Shown: one piece after another, positions 1 to 9,378 of the stretch
Numbering within the stretch: the stretch's first letter is position 1
Layout of the letters: each line of letters opens with the position of its first letter
From: Candidatus Omnitrophota bacterium
GTDB taxonomy: Bacteria > Omnitrophota > Gorgyraeia > Tantalellales > Tantalellaceae
Reading direction: 5' to 3'
NCBI GenBank assembly: GCA_015233235.1
Contig: JADFYD010000001.1
Coordinates: forward strand, 1 to 41,908
DNA: 41,908 nt
The notes under the pieces: model-generated
Told to the model about the DNA's origin: nothing
The model's input: the letters and a program-made list of their open reading frames with translations, nothing else
Databases searched by the model: none
Made by a program: the position numbers and the translations under genes

Positions 1-2
1 GG

Positions 3-365
3 GATATTTCCGACGTCTCGTTTAATACGCATCCGGAACAAGCTTTACCGAATACGCTGAATGTTTCTTTCAGCGGCGCCGAAGGGGAGGCGCTTCTTCT
101 CTATTTGGATCTTGAGGGTATCGCTGTTTCGACTGGGTCAGCCTGCGCTTCGGGTTCGTTGGAACCCTCACATGTGCTTATGGCGCAAGGCGTAGGCGAG
201 GAAATGGCGCATAACTCCATACGTTTTAGTTTGGGCAGGAACAATACGGCTGAAGATATAGAATATGTTCTTGCCGCTCTTTCCGGCATAGTAAAAAAAG
301 TTCGGGACATATCAACGAGTTATTCGGCGAAAATGTGCGCGAAAGACGGCGGGGCTATCGATTGA
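3..365 (+). CDS. iscS: Cysteine desulfurase IscS/NifS, C-terminal part (runs off the window start; the N-terminal part is at 7050-7727 on the minus strand)
   Basis: Frame is open from nt 3: DISDVSFNTHPEQALPNTLNVSFSGAEGEALLLYLDLEGIAVSTGSACASGSLEPSHVL...SIRFSLGR. Has the group I SxGSAC catalytic-Cys motif and lies directly upstream of iscU. Confidence 0.93.
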   Translation, partial: DISDVSFNTHPEQALPNTLNVSFSGAEGEALLLYLDLEGIAVSTGSACASGSLEPSHVLMAQGVGEEMAHNSIRFSLGRNNTAEDIEYVLAALSGIVKKVRDISTSYSAKMCAKDGGAID

Positions 366-415
366 CAAGCTTTTTGCCGTTCCTCTTTCGCGTCATAAAA
401 AAATGCGAGGCTTAG

Positions 416-832
416 ATGGAATGGGTATATACTGACGAGGTTAAAGACCACTTTATAAATCCGCGCAATGTGTTTTTGGATGAAGAAAAATTTGTCTATA
501 ACGCGTCCGGCAAATCCGGGAATATCAAATGTGGTGACGAAATGGCGTTTTATCTCTTCGTGGACGATTCTACAAAAGTTATCAAAGATTGCCGCTGGAA
601 AACCTATGGCTGTGCCAGCGCTATAGCGAGCACGTCGGTACTTTCTGAGAAGATAAAAGGTATGACAATTTACGATGCCTATAAAATCACCCCGAAGGAG
701 ATAGTTGATACCCTTAAAGGGCTTCCGGCCCACAAGATCCACTGCTCTGTTCTGGGCGATGACGCCCTTCGTGTCGCTATTGACGATTATTGCTCTAAAA
801 ATGGCATTAATATAAAAACACAAAAAAAATAG
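416..832 (+). CDS. iscU: Fe-S cluster scaffold IscU/NifU N-terminal domain protein
   Basis: Motifs [28 protein letters not shown] and KIHCS give the three conserved Cys. Confidence 0.93.
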   Translation: MEWVYTDEVKDHFINPRNVFLDEEKFVYNASGKSGNIKCGDEMAFYLFVDDSTKVIKDCRWKTYGCASAIASTSVLSEKIKGMTIYDAYKITPKEIVDTLKGLPAHKIHCSVLGDDALRVAIDDYCSKNGINIKTQKK

Positions 833-843
833 GAAGGTGGAGA

Positions 844-984
844 ATGGACAAATTTGTATGTACGGTATGCGGATATGTGTACGATCCGGCTCAAAATGAC
901 AACGTTCCATTTGATAAACTTCCGGAAGATTGGGTATGTCCCGAGTGCGGTGTAGGGAAGGACTTATTTGAAAAGGTCAGCTGA
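844..984 (+). CDS. rub: Short rubredoxin (46 aa), not in the ORF track
   Basis: My translation: [46 protein letters not shown]. Two CxxCG motifs; RBS-like GGAAGGTGGAG upstream. Confidence 0.95.
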   Translation: MDKFVCTVCGYVYDPAQNDNVPFDKLPEDWVCPECGVGKDLFEKVS

Positions 985-1009
985 TTATCTTTAGAACAAG
1001 GAGGAGAGA

Positions 1010-1546
1010 ATGATAGGTGATAAAATGGCAAAAAGTATAAGCCAGCAGATCACGCGTGAGCTATATTCCGCGTATTTGTATGTCGGCATGAGCGCATATG
1101 CTGATGGTATAGGGTTGAAAGGCGTTGCAAATTGGTTTTTTGTGCAAATGCAGGAAGAAATGGTCCATGCGTACAAGTTCTATGCCTACGTTAATCAACA
1201 AGGCGGAAAAGTTTCTCTTGGAGGGATCGATAAACCGACACAGGACTTTACTTCCGTTAAAGATGCGTTCAAAAAGACACTTGAACATGAACGGACAGTG
1301 ACGGCGAATATTAATCAACTTATGGCGCAGGCGAAAGAAGAGAAAGACGCGGCGACGGAAATCCTGCTTCAATGGTACGTGACCGAACAGATCGAGGAAG
1401 AAGCGAACCCGACTGAAATACTTCAAAAACTTAATTTAGCGGGTGAAGGGAATGGACTGTTCCTTATAGACGCGGAACTAGCCAAAAGAACTTTTGTCGT
1501 GCCGGCGGGTGTTCAGGTAGGTTACGCTCCGGCGGCTGTGGCATAA
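1010..1546 (+). CDS. ftn: Non-heme ferritin
   Basis: Ferroxidase-centre motifs QITRELYSAYLY, QMQEEMVHA and LQWYVTEQIEEE; AGGAGG RBS. Confidence 0.93.
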   Translation: MIGDKMAKSISQQITRELYSAYLYVGMSAYADGIGLKGVANWFFVQMQEEMVHAYKFYAYVNQQGGKVSLGGIDKPTQDFTSVKDAFKKTLEHERTVTANINQLMAQAKEEKDAATEILLQWYVTEQIEEEANPTEILQKLNLAGEGNGLFLIDAELAKRTFVVPAGVQVGYAPAAVA

Positions 1547-1589
1547 GATCGGTTGCACATGAACACATTTTTGGGGGCGGGTCCCCAGA

Positions 1590-1617
1590 GTAGGGGCACG
1601 GCGTGCCGTGCCCCTGC
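1590..1617 (+). repeat. GTAG-type REP-like palindrome
   Basis: GTAGGGGCACGGC-GT-GCCGTGCCCCTGC: 13-bp arms with one G-T wobble, starting with GTAG. Confidence 0.6.
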
Positions 1618-1660
1618 CCTGAACGATGAACCATGAATCATGAACCAAAATAGGAGCGCC

Positions 1661-2350
1661 ATGAATAAATGTGTACTGCAGAATATTTCCTACGGTGTGT
1701 ACGTCATTTCATCGGTAAAAGATGGCAAATACAACGGGCTGATCGGCAATTGCGTCATTCAGATAACAAATGAGCCGATCACGATCGCCATCAGTATTAG
1801 CAAAAAGAACCTCACCCATGATTTTATTATGTCCAGCGGATTGTTCACGATATCTATTCTTGATAGGACGGCGCCTTTGAAGTTTATCGGACAGTTCGGG
1901 TTTAAGTCAGGGCGCGATACAGATAAGTTTGTGGGAGTAGGATATAAGGTTCTCCCATCCGGTTGTCCGTTGGTAACGGACCATACACTTAGCTGGATAT
2001 CGGCAAAAGTGCTGAAAAATATGGATTGCGTCACACATACACTGTTTTTAGCCGAAGTTATGGATGGTGACACACTAAAAAACGGCGAGCCCATGACATA
2101 CGAGTATTATCATCAGGAAAAACGCGGTACAACACCAGAAAACGCTCCGACTTTCATAAAAAACTCGGATCAAAAGATCTGTGCCACGGGTTCAAAATAC
2201 CGGTGCTTGGTATGCAACTATATTTATGACCCATTGTTGGGAGATAAAGATAGCGGTATTGAACCGGGCATTCCTTTTGAAAAATTGCCTGATAACTGGG
2301 TCTGCCCGATATGCGGTGTCGGAAAAGACCAATTTGTAAAGGTGGACTAA
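1661..2350 (+). CDS. hrb: Flavin reductase-rubredoxin fusion (high-molecular-weight rubredoxin)
   Basis: N-terminal flavin reductase domain ([37 protein letters not shown]) and C-terminal rubredoxin ([10 protein letters not shown]...WVCPICG). AGGAG RBS before ATG 1661. Confidence 0.9.
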   Translation: MNKCVLQNISYGVYVISSVKDGKYNGLIGNCVIQITNEPITIAISISKKNLTHDFIMSSGLFTISILDRTAPLKFIGQFGFKSGRDTDKFVGVGYKVLPSGCPLVTDHTLSWISAKVLKNMDCVTHTLFLAEVMDGDTLKNGEPMTYEYYHQEKRGTTPENAPTFIKNSDQKICATGSKYRCLVCNYIYDPLLGDKDSGIEPGIPFEKLPDNWVCPICGVGKDQFVKVD

Positions 2351-2351
2351 T

Positions 2352-3512
2352 ATGAAAGCGCTGGAGATCAAAAAGAACGTATACTGGGTTGGGGGGATCG
2401 ACTGGACGCTAAGGAATTTTCACGGATATTCTACAAAAAGCGGTTCCTCATACAACGCATATCTTATACTGGGCGAGAAAAAGATACTTATCGACACGGT
2501 GAAAGAGTATCTTTTCGATGAAATGCTGTCCCGAATAGAATCTGTATGCGATCCAGCATCGATCGATATTATAGTTTCCAACCATACCGAAATGGACCAT
2601 TCTGGTTCTATCGAAAAATTATGCCGTATCGCCAAGAACGCGGTCGTTATGGCTTCGCCGAACGGCGAGAAGGGCCTTAAAAAACATTTTTTCGGCGATC
2701 TGAACATAAAACCGGTCGCCAGCGGAGAAACTTTAGACTGTTCGGATCACAAACTGCAGTTTTTCCATATGCCGATGGTGCACTGGCCTGATTCCATGGC
2801 GACATATTGTCCCGAGAAAAAAATTCTTTTTCCTAATGACGCTTTTGGCCAGCATATCGCATCAACCGAACGTTACGATGACGAAATGGATTTTGGTTTC
2901 GTAAAACAAGAGGCCACTAAATATTACGCGAATATCGTTCTTCCGTACGGGTCTCAGGTCAACGCGGCTCTGGGCGCTCTGGGGGGACTTGACTTTGATA
3001 TTATTGCGCCAAGCCACGGGCTGATTTGGAGGAAGCATATTCCGGAAATACTGGCGTTATACAAAAAATGGTCGGATAACGAGACGGAGAACCGGGGGGT
3101 CATAGTTTATGATTCCATGTGGCATTCAACCGAACGGATCGCGTATGCGCTTTATGACGCTTTTTGTGAGAAAAAAATATTCGCGGAATTATCTGACCTT
3201 AAAACGAACGATATTTCAGACCTTATGACCAAAATACTTGAAGCTAGATATATTTTTGTAGGTTCGCCGACGCTTAATAACGGCATGTTGCCCACTGTCG
3301 GAGGGTTTTTAACCTACTTAAAAGGTCTTGCTCCGAAAAAGCGTGTAGGTATGGCTTTTGGCTCTTATGGATGGGGCGGGCAAAGCATCGGTCAGATAGA
3401 AACGGTGCTGAAAGATTCCGGTTTCGCTATGCTTGACAGCATTAAAGTTCAATATGTGCCCGACAAAGCGGTCCTTAAGGGAATAACGGAACGCGTTACT
3501 AAACTGCTGTAA
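2352..3512 (+). CDS. fprA: Flavodiiron protein FprA (O2/NO reductase)
   Basis: Diiron ligands NHTEMDHSG, HWPDSM, DAFGQH and PSHG; flavodoxin domain (YDSMWHST, GSPTLNN, FGSYGWGG). Confidence 0.95.
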   Translation: MKALEIKKNVYWVGGIDWTLRNFHGYSTKSGSSYNAYLILGEKKILIDTVKEYLFDEMLSRIESVCDPASIDIIVSNHTEMDHSGSIEKLCRIAKNAVVMASPNGEKGLKKHFFGDLNIKPVASGETLDCSDHKLQFFHMPMVHWPDSMATYCPEKKILFPNDAFGQHIASTERYDDEMDFGFVKQEATKYYANIVLPYGSQVNAALGALGGLDFDIIAPSHGLIWRKHIPEILALYKKWSDNETENRGVIVYDSMWHSTERIAYALYDAFCEKKIFAELSDLKTNDISDLMTKILEARYIFVGSPTLNNGMLPTVGGFLTYLKGLAPKKRVGMAFGSYGWGGQSIGQIETVLKDSGFAMLDSIKVQYVPDKAVLKGITERVTKLL

Positions 3513-3573
3513 AATAAATCGGTCAGCGGTAAATAACACTCAAAATCAAGAACTGTAAAAATGGAGGTAGCGA

Positions 3574-3951
3574 ATGACGGTCCTAAACGATGTTTACAAG
3601 TGCGCTGTTTGCGGTAATGTTGTCGAGGTCGTGAATGCAAGTGCCGGCACGCTCGTATGTTGTGGTCAGCCAATGAACCGACTCGAAGCCAAAACTGCCG
3701 ATCAGGGGAAAGAAAAACATGTTCCGGTAGTTACTGAATCGGGCGGTAAAGTTACCGTTGCAGTGGGCAGCGTTGAGCATCCGATGCTCGATAATCACTA
3801 CATAAAATTCATAGAGGTTTTGACGAAAGACAAAGTCTTGCGAGCGGATTTGAAACCGGGTATGAAGCCTTCGGCAGTGTTTGATGTCGCAAAAGCAGAC
3901 ATTGTCACGGTGCGGGAGTATTGCACGGTGCACGATTTGTGGAAAGCGTAA
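3574..3951 (+). CDS. dfx: Desulfoferrodoxin (2Fe superoxide reductase)
   Basis: Desulforedoxin domain CAVCGN...LVCCGQPM; SOR ligands EKHVP, HPM, HYI and CTVHDLW. Confidence 0.95.
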   Translation: MTVLNDVYKCAVCGNVVEVVNASAGTLVCCGQPMNRLEAKTADQGKEKHVPVVTESGGKVTVAVGSVEHPMLDNHYIKFIEVLTKDKVLRADLKPGMKPSAVFDVAKADIVTVREYCTVHDLWKA

Positions 3952-3975
3952 ATAAAAGAAAAACTGGGGGTATCA

Positions 3976-4551
3976 ATGGCATGTTTGAAAGGATCAAAGA
4001 CGGAGAAGAACTTGTTAGCGGCATTTGCGGGAGAATCACAGGCTAGGAATAGGTACACGTATTTCGCGAGTATCGCGAAAAAGGCCGGATACGAACAGAT
4101 AGCGGCGATATTCCTTGATACGGCCGAAAACGAAAAGGAACACGCTAAGAGATACTTTAAATTTCTGGAAGGCGGAATGGTCGAAATCCAGGCGAAATAT
4201 CCCGCCGGTGTTCTGGGCGAAACAGTTGAAAATTTGAAGGGCGCCGCCGCCGGTGAACATGAAGAATGGACTAAGCTTTACAAAGAAGCCGGTGATGTCG
4301 CCGAAGCCGAGGGATTTAAAGATGTAGCCGTCGCTTTTCGCAGTATTTCTAAAGTCGAGGAGCAACATGAAAAGAGGTACAGGAAACTTATCGAAAATCT
4401 GGAAAAGTCTAAAGTCTTTAAAAAAGACGTTCCTGTGAAGTGGAAATGCCGTAACTGTGGGTTTGTACATGAAGGTAAAGAAGCAGTGGAAAAATGCCCG
4501 GCGTGTCTGCATCCTCAGGCGTTTTTTGAGGTATTGGGGGAAAATTATTAA
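3976..4551 (+). CDS. rbr: Rubrerythrin
   Basis: AFAGESQARNRY, ENEKEHA, GEHEE and EEQHE, plus C-terminal WKCRNCG...CPAC. Confidence 0.96.
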   Translation: MACLKGSKTEKNLLAAFAGESQARNRYTYFASIAKKAGYEQIAAIFLDTAENEKEHAKRYFKFLEGGMVEIQAKYPAGVLGETVENLKGAAAGEHEEWTKLYKEAGDVAEAEGFKDVAVAFRSISKVEEQHEKRYRKLIENLEKSKVFKKDVPVKWKCRNCGFVHEGKEAVEKCPACLHPQAFFEVLGENY

Positions 4552-4560
4552 GGAGAAAGC

Positions 4561-4794
4561 ATGAAGAAAGTCACTGTATATTCAACGCCTATGTGCGGGT
4601 ATTGCATAAGGCTGAAGCAGTTTTTGGATCAGAAGGGTGTGGAATATGAAACGATCGACATATCGAAAGACCCGTCGAAACTCCAGGAATTGGTAAAAAA
4701 ATCCGGGCAGATGGGCGTGCCGGTGACGGACATCGAGGGGAAGATCATTGTTGGGTTTGATAAGCAGGAGATAGTTGAGGCGTTGGGAATATAA
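4561..4794 (+). CDS. Glutaredoxin-like NrdH/YruB redoxin
   Basis: VYSTPMCGYC active site, SGQMGVPV and IVGFD. Confidence 0.9.
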   Translation: MKKVTVYSTPMCGYCIRLKQFLDQKGVEYETIDISKDPSKLQELVKKSGQMGVPVTDIEGKIIVGFDKQEIVEALGI

Positions 4795-4820
4795 TTCGCT
4801 AGCAACTCCATGGATAATAC

Positions 4821-5729
4821 ATGGCACACGTATATGATCTCATAATCGTCGGCGCCGGGCCGGCCGGGATAGCGGCTAGCGTTTATGCCGCCCGTAAAAA
4901 ACTTGATTTTCTTGTTCTCACCGGAAATATCGGCGGGCAGGTCACCTGGACCGCTGATGTCGAGAACTACGTTGGTTTTCAGTTTATTACGGGTCCGGAC
5001 CTTGTAGGAAAGTTTGAAGAGCATATACAAAAATATAACGTACCGGTCTATGAAGACGAGCTGCTTGATAGAATAGAAAAAAAAGACGACACTTTTATTT
5101 TGACGACTCGTAAAAATGTTTTTTCGTCACGGTCCGTCATACTTGCCACCGGAAAAAGATCAAAAGAATTGAATGTTCCGGGCGAACAACAATTCAGGAA
5201 TAAGGGCGTGGCTTATTGTGCCACCTGCGACGGCCCTCTTTTTTACGGCAAACGCGTGGCTGTCATAGGAGGGGGAAATTCCGCCATGGAGGCCGCCCTT
5301 CAACTTCTGTCTATAGCAGATAAAACCTATTTACTTACTGTTAATAACGAGCTTTACGGCGACGCGATCCTGAAAGAAAAAATAATTAGTGCTGGCAGGG
5401 TTAATGTTATCACCGGTGCCGTCGTAACTTCTATAACGGGGGATAGCTTTGTCGGTTCTATTACTTATGAAAAAAATACCGTGCAAAATTCACTTCCGGT
5501 GGATGGCGTGTTTGTTGAGATAGGGCTGGTTCCTAACACCCAATATCAAAGTGGGCTTGAATTAAATGAGATCGGTGAAATTAAAGTTAACCTCAGGAAC
5601 GAAACTAATATCCCCGGGATATTTGCCTGCGGTGATGTTACTGATGTCCCTGAAAAACAGATTATAATAGCGGCCGGTGAGGGCGCGAAAGCGGCGATCA
5701 TGGCGGGGAAGTATTTGAGCGCCAGATAG
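4821..5729 (+). CDS. trxB: Thioredoxin-disulfide reductase
   Basis: GAGPAG FAD motif, YCATCDG, GGGNSA NAD(P)H motif and GIFACGDVT. Confidence 0.92.
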   Translation: MAHVYDLIIVGAGPAGIAASVYAARKKLDFLVLTGNIGGQVTWTADVENYVGFQFITGPDLVGKFEEHIQKYNVPVYEDELLDRIEKKDDTFILTTRKNVFSSRSVILATGKRSKELNVPGEQQFRNKGVAYCATCDGPLFYGKRVAVIGGGNSAMEAALQLLSIADKTYLLTVNNELYGDAILKEKIISAGRVNVITGAVVTSITGDSFVGSITYEKNTVQNSLPVDGVFVEIGLVPNTQYQSGLELNEIGEIKVNLRNETNIPGIFACGDVTDVPEKQIIIAAGEGAKAAIMAGKYLSAR

Positions 5730-5759
5730 ACATAACGTTGTTCGTCGTTCGTGGTTCGT

Positions 5760-6395
5760 ATGAAAATAGAAGATCTCTTTAAACAATATGCGAAGCGAAA
5801 ACAAGGGATCCGTGCGAGGCTGCGCGAGTTCAGGAGCATCCTCGATGCGGGAGAAGAAGATGTTTTCGCGGAGCTGTGTTTTTGTATATGCACGCCGCAA
5901 TCAAACGCTGTCCTTGCCGACAGGGCGATATCACGGTTAAAAAAGAGCGGCAGACTTTATGACGGAACATTCGATGAGATGCGGCCGGGTATGTCGGGGG
6001 TGCGTTTTCCTAATAACAAGACGCGATTTTTATTAGAAGCACGGCAACTTTTTATTGAAGACGGCAAGATCGGGATAAAGAAACACATTAATGCGCGCGA
6101 CGTCTTTTCGACACGACAGTGGTTTTATGAGCATGTGAAAGGTTTGGGGCTAAAAGAGTCCAGCCATTTTTTGCGGAACATCGGATTGGGTTCGTCGCTC
6201 GCGATACTTGACGTTCATATTTTAAGGCGCATGGTCGCGTTTAATGTGATAAAAGAAGTGCCTAAAACATTGTCCGTTAAAACATATTTTGATCTCGAAA
6301 AAAAACTTGCTCATTTTTGCTCATCCATCGGTATACCGATGGATGAGCTTGACCTTTTGTTCTGGTCGGATGCCACAGGCTTTATTTTCAAGTGA
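5760..6395 (+). CDS. ogg: 8-oxoguanine DNA glycosylase/AP lyase (archaeal/Thermotoga Ogg2 type)
   Basis: ELCFCICTPQS, HhH motif KGLGLKESSHFLRNIG, AILDVHILR, LDLLFW and a C-terminal Lys. Confidence 0.88.
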   Translation: MKIEDLFKQYAKRKQGIRARLREFRSILDAGEEDVFAELCFCICTPQSNAVLADRAISRLKKSGRLYDGTFDEMRPGMSGVRFPNNKTRFLLEARQLFIEDGKIGIKKHINARDVFSTRQWFYEHVKGLGLKESSHFLRNIGLGSSLAILDVHILRRMVAFNVIKEVPKTLSVKTYFDLEKKLAHFCSSIGIPMDELDLLFWSDATGFIFK

Positions 6396-6437
6396 TCTTT
6401 ACACTCGGCGTGCCGTTAATTTTATGTGAGGAGAATT

Positions 6438-7055
6438 ATGTTTAAGAGGTTTTACACCTGGCAAGTAAGGTTAGCGATCGGTCTCGTGCTGGCGTCGACG
6501 GCGCTTTATGCGGTACATTACTTTATTTTTCGTGATGCGCGTCACATATATTTTTACCTTCTTCACGATATTGGTTTTATCCCTATACAGGTTCTTATCG
6601 TGACGCTCATACTTGACAGGTTCCTTAACGAGTACGAAAAACAAGCTCGTCTAAAGAAATTGAATATGGTCATAGGTACTTTTTTTTCTGAGGTCGGGAC
6701 GGACCTTATAAAGATGGTCTTGAGATACGCGGAAATGGACCAGGGCGTCAAAAACGACATCGCTGCGTTGAAGGATTGGGAAATTAAAAAGTTCTATAAA
6801 ATGGGATGCAGTTTGAGAAAATGTCAGTGCACCGTTAAGGCTTCGAGAGGGGAACTTTCAGATCTCAAGGTTTTTCTGATGAGTAAAAGAGATTTTATGC
6901 TGGCTCTTCTTGAGAATCCAAATCTTTTAGAACATGAGTCGTTTACCGAGCTATTGTGGGCAGCTTTTCATCTTATCGAGGAACTGGCCAACCGGCCCGA
7001 TATACACAGGATACCCGACAAAGATCATGAGCATATTTTGCTTGATACGAAAAGG
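6438..7055 (+). pseudogene. Conserved membrane protein, truncated at the inversion junction
   Basis: Two TM helices, then KKLNMVIGTFFSEVG and [23 protein letters not shown]. After ...DTKR (7055) the track ORF (to 7424) is only the antisense of iscS. Confidence 0.75.
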
Positions 7056-7727
7056 AACACCGCGCTTTACATAAAGCCCTCCCACCCCTTTGGGACCGTA
7101 AAACTTGTGTCCGGAGAAAGTCAGAAAATCAACTCCCAGCTTTTTCACATCGATCGGCACCTTACCCACTGCCTGTACCGCGTCAGTGTGGAAAAAAGCG
7201 CCGTGACTGTGAGCTATTTCGGCTACTTTCGCGACATCGATCAGAGTTCCGGAAACATTATTAGCCATCATGACAGAGACCAGGGAAGTTCTTTCGCTGA
7301 CCTTCGATTCAAGATCGGCAAAGTCCAAGCGCCCGTAACGGTCGACGCCAACATAGTGGATCTTTTGTCCCTTACCGGCGAGACACTTAGCCGTCTCTAT
7401 TATGCATGGGTGCTCGATTTTTGAAGTGACTATTTCGCGGGCGGAGTGAGACTTATCGGTACAGGACATGCAATCGCAGCAGAAAGTGTTAAGTACGGTA
7501 TTATTTGCCTCGGAACCGCTTCCAACAAATATTATCTCTTCCGGAGTGGCACCGATAATTTTCGCGGTAACAGCCCGGGCATCTTCTATTCTTTTACGTG
7601 CCGCCCGCCCTGGTGCGTGTAAACTTGAAGCGTTCCCATAGACGTCAAAATTATCTATTAAAACTTTTTTGACTTCCTCATGCAGCGGGGTAGTCGCGTT
7701 ATTGTCGAGATATATGTGCTTTTTCAT
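7050..7727 (-). pseudogene. iscS: Cysteine desulfurase IscS/NifS, N-terminal ~226 aa, truncated at the inversion junction
   Basis: [38 protein letters not shown] and the PLP-Lys motif [10 protein letters not shown]. Homology stops after VKRGVPF; the rest of the track ORF is antisense to the membrane-protein gene. Confidence 0.9.
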
Positions 7728-7753
7728 TTTTCCTCTTTCAGCCGGAAAAACTA

Positions 7754-8149
7754 TCATACCAGCTCCTTTATTCTAATGTTTTTCAATCGATTTGCAACAG
7801 TTTGTTCAAGTCCGTCAATGTGTATTTTCAATTTACAGCTATTCATCCCGGGACAGGCGATTTTTCCCGATGTGTGGTCGCTCAACGAAAAATCACCCTG
7901 AAATATCATGACGACATTGAAAAGGGTTGTCTCCGGAAGAGAAGATGAGCCTTTAAATCCCCCGCCCTTGCCTTTCATCGCGGTTAAAATACCCTCTTTG
8001 TGCAGTTTTTGCAGTATTTTTCGTAAAAAAGGACGCGGTATACTCAAGCTTGAGGCCATATCTTTCACGGAAATGACCTCTCCCCCTTTAGCCGCCATGC
8101 AGCACAAAGCTCGTATAGCATAATCCGTGTCACGCGTTATTAACTTCAT
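7754..8149 (-). CDS. Rrf2-family transcriptional regulator
   Basis: [17 protein letters not shown] and KGKGGGF wing, with C-terminal H-x6-C-x5-C; directly upstream of iscS. Confidence 0.92.
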   Translation of the reverse strand: MKLITRDTDYAIRALCCMAAKGGEVISVKDMASSLSIPRPFLRKILQKLHKEGILTAMKGKGGGFKGSSSLPETTLFNVVMIFQGDFSLSDHTSGKIACPGMNSCKLKIHIDGLEQTVANRLKNIRIKELV

Positions 8150-8634
8150 TTTATCCCCAAACGCGCCTGCATTTCGTTTATATCATAGCCGAAATACAGC
8201 ACTTTCCCAGACTGGTCAATAGCAATTACCGATGGTATACCTCTCACGCCATAAAGGTTGCCTACTTCACCGGTCGTGTCCAAAAGTATCGGATATGTCA
8301 TACCGTTCTTCTTGGCGAAGCCGGAGACTTTCTCCCGTGATTCCTGCACATTTACCCCGAAGACGGCGATCTTCCCTTTATGTTTTTCATAGAATTTTTC
8401 TACAGCCGGTATCTCTGCCCTACACGACGGGCACCAGGTAGCCCAGAAAACCAGTACTGTTTGGTTTGATTTAAGTATGTTATATAAATTGACGTCCTCA
8501 CCTGTCGTGTTCTTAAGAGTGAAATCAACCGCGGTATTCTTCATCTCCGCATTGCCTGTCCCAGAGAAACAAACCTGCAGCAAAAATACTCCTATAAATA
8601 CAAACACGGACAAAATCCTGATTACCCCTTTCAT
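8146..8634 (-). CDS. TlpA/ResA-like exported thiol-disulfide oxidoreductase
   Basis: N-terminal signal or anchor, FWATWCPSCRAEIP and YGVRGIP. Confidence 0.9.
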   Translation of the reverse strand: MKGVIRILSVFVFIGVFLLQVCFSGTGNAEMKNTAVDFTLKNTTGEDVNLYNILKSNQTVLVFWATWCPSCRAEIPAVEKFYEKHKGKIAVFGVNVQESREKVSGFAKKNGMTYPILLDTTGEVGNLYGVRGIPSVIAIDQSGKVLYFGYDINEMQARLGIK

Positions 8635-8662
8635 AACCCCCTCCTCTTTTATGTGACTGCCT

Positions 8663-9364
8663 TTATACGCTCAGAGTTCCGGCCTTGAATATGAAATACG
8701 CTCCAAGCGCAAGCATCAAAAAACCCATTAATTTTTCAATAATACGAACAAACTTGTCCGATTTGGGTAGCGCTTTCATTAACCCGGCAAATGTGCCAAT
8801 AGCCATAAGGACCGTCCCGAGACCGAACGAAAACGTAAATAGGAGTAAAAATCCGAATACTGCATTCTGTTTCGAAGCCGCGAAAGCAAGAAGCGCACCT
8901 ATGACTGCCGTTGTACATGGGGCCGCAATAAGCCCTGAAGCGACGCCCATTACGAAAGCGTTCAAATAAATGCTGTTATGCCTTACCACTTTACCGGCAC
9001 CGACCCTGTTCAAGAAATATGTCGGCAAGGTTATCACGTTGAAAAAAGATAAAGCGAAAAATATTATAAAAGTGCCGACGATCAAATGCGCTATCGGGCT
9101 CGATTGCACCGCCCCGAAAAATTTGCCTGTCAATGCGGCAAAAAGACCTAAAATGGCGAACATCAGCGACATACCGACCACATAAAACAAAGAAACTAAA
9201 AAATTGGTAAATCTGGATTTTTCCTGGGAAGCCCCTATTACACCAACAACTATCGGTACAAGCGGGTAAACACATGGCGTGAATGCAGTAAGTATCCCCG
9301 CGCCATATACTATAAGGAACGTCAGCACATTAATGTTTTCCAACGACAAATGCATATTATTCAT
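8663..9364 (-). CDS. ccdA: CcdA/DsbD-beta disulfide transporter
   Basis: About 6 TM helices with FTPCVYPLVP and AAPCTTAV, the two redox Cys. Start is approximate. Confidence 0.9.
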   Translation of the reverse strand: MNNMHLSLENINVLTFLIVYGAGILTAFTPCVYPLVPIVVGVIGASQEKSRFTNFLVSLFYVVGMSLMFAILGLFAALTGKFFGAVQSSPIAHLIVGTFIIFFALSFFNVITLPTYFLNRVGAGKVVRHNSIYLNAFVMGVASGLIAAPCTTAVIGALLAFAASKQNAVFGFLLLFTFSFGLGTVLMAIGTFAGLMKALPKSDKFVRIIEKLMGFLMLALGAYFIFKAGTLSV

Positions 9365-9378
9365 ACTCAAACCTCAGA

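Noticed and set aside
6426-7424. 332-aa ORF as a full-length gene overlapping a 268-aa minus-strand ORF by ~470 nt
   Set aside because: Both tails are read-through into the antisense of the other gene past the 7050 junction, so this is not a true overlapping gene pair.
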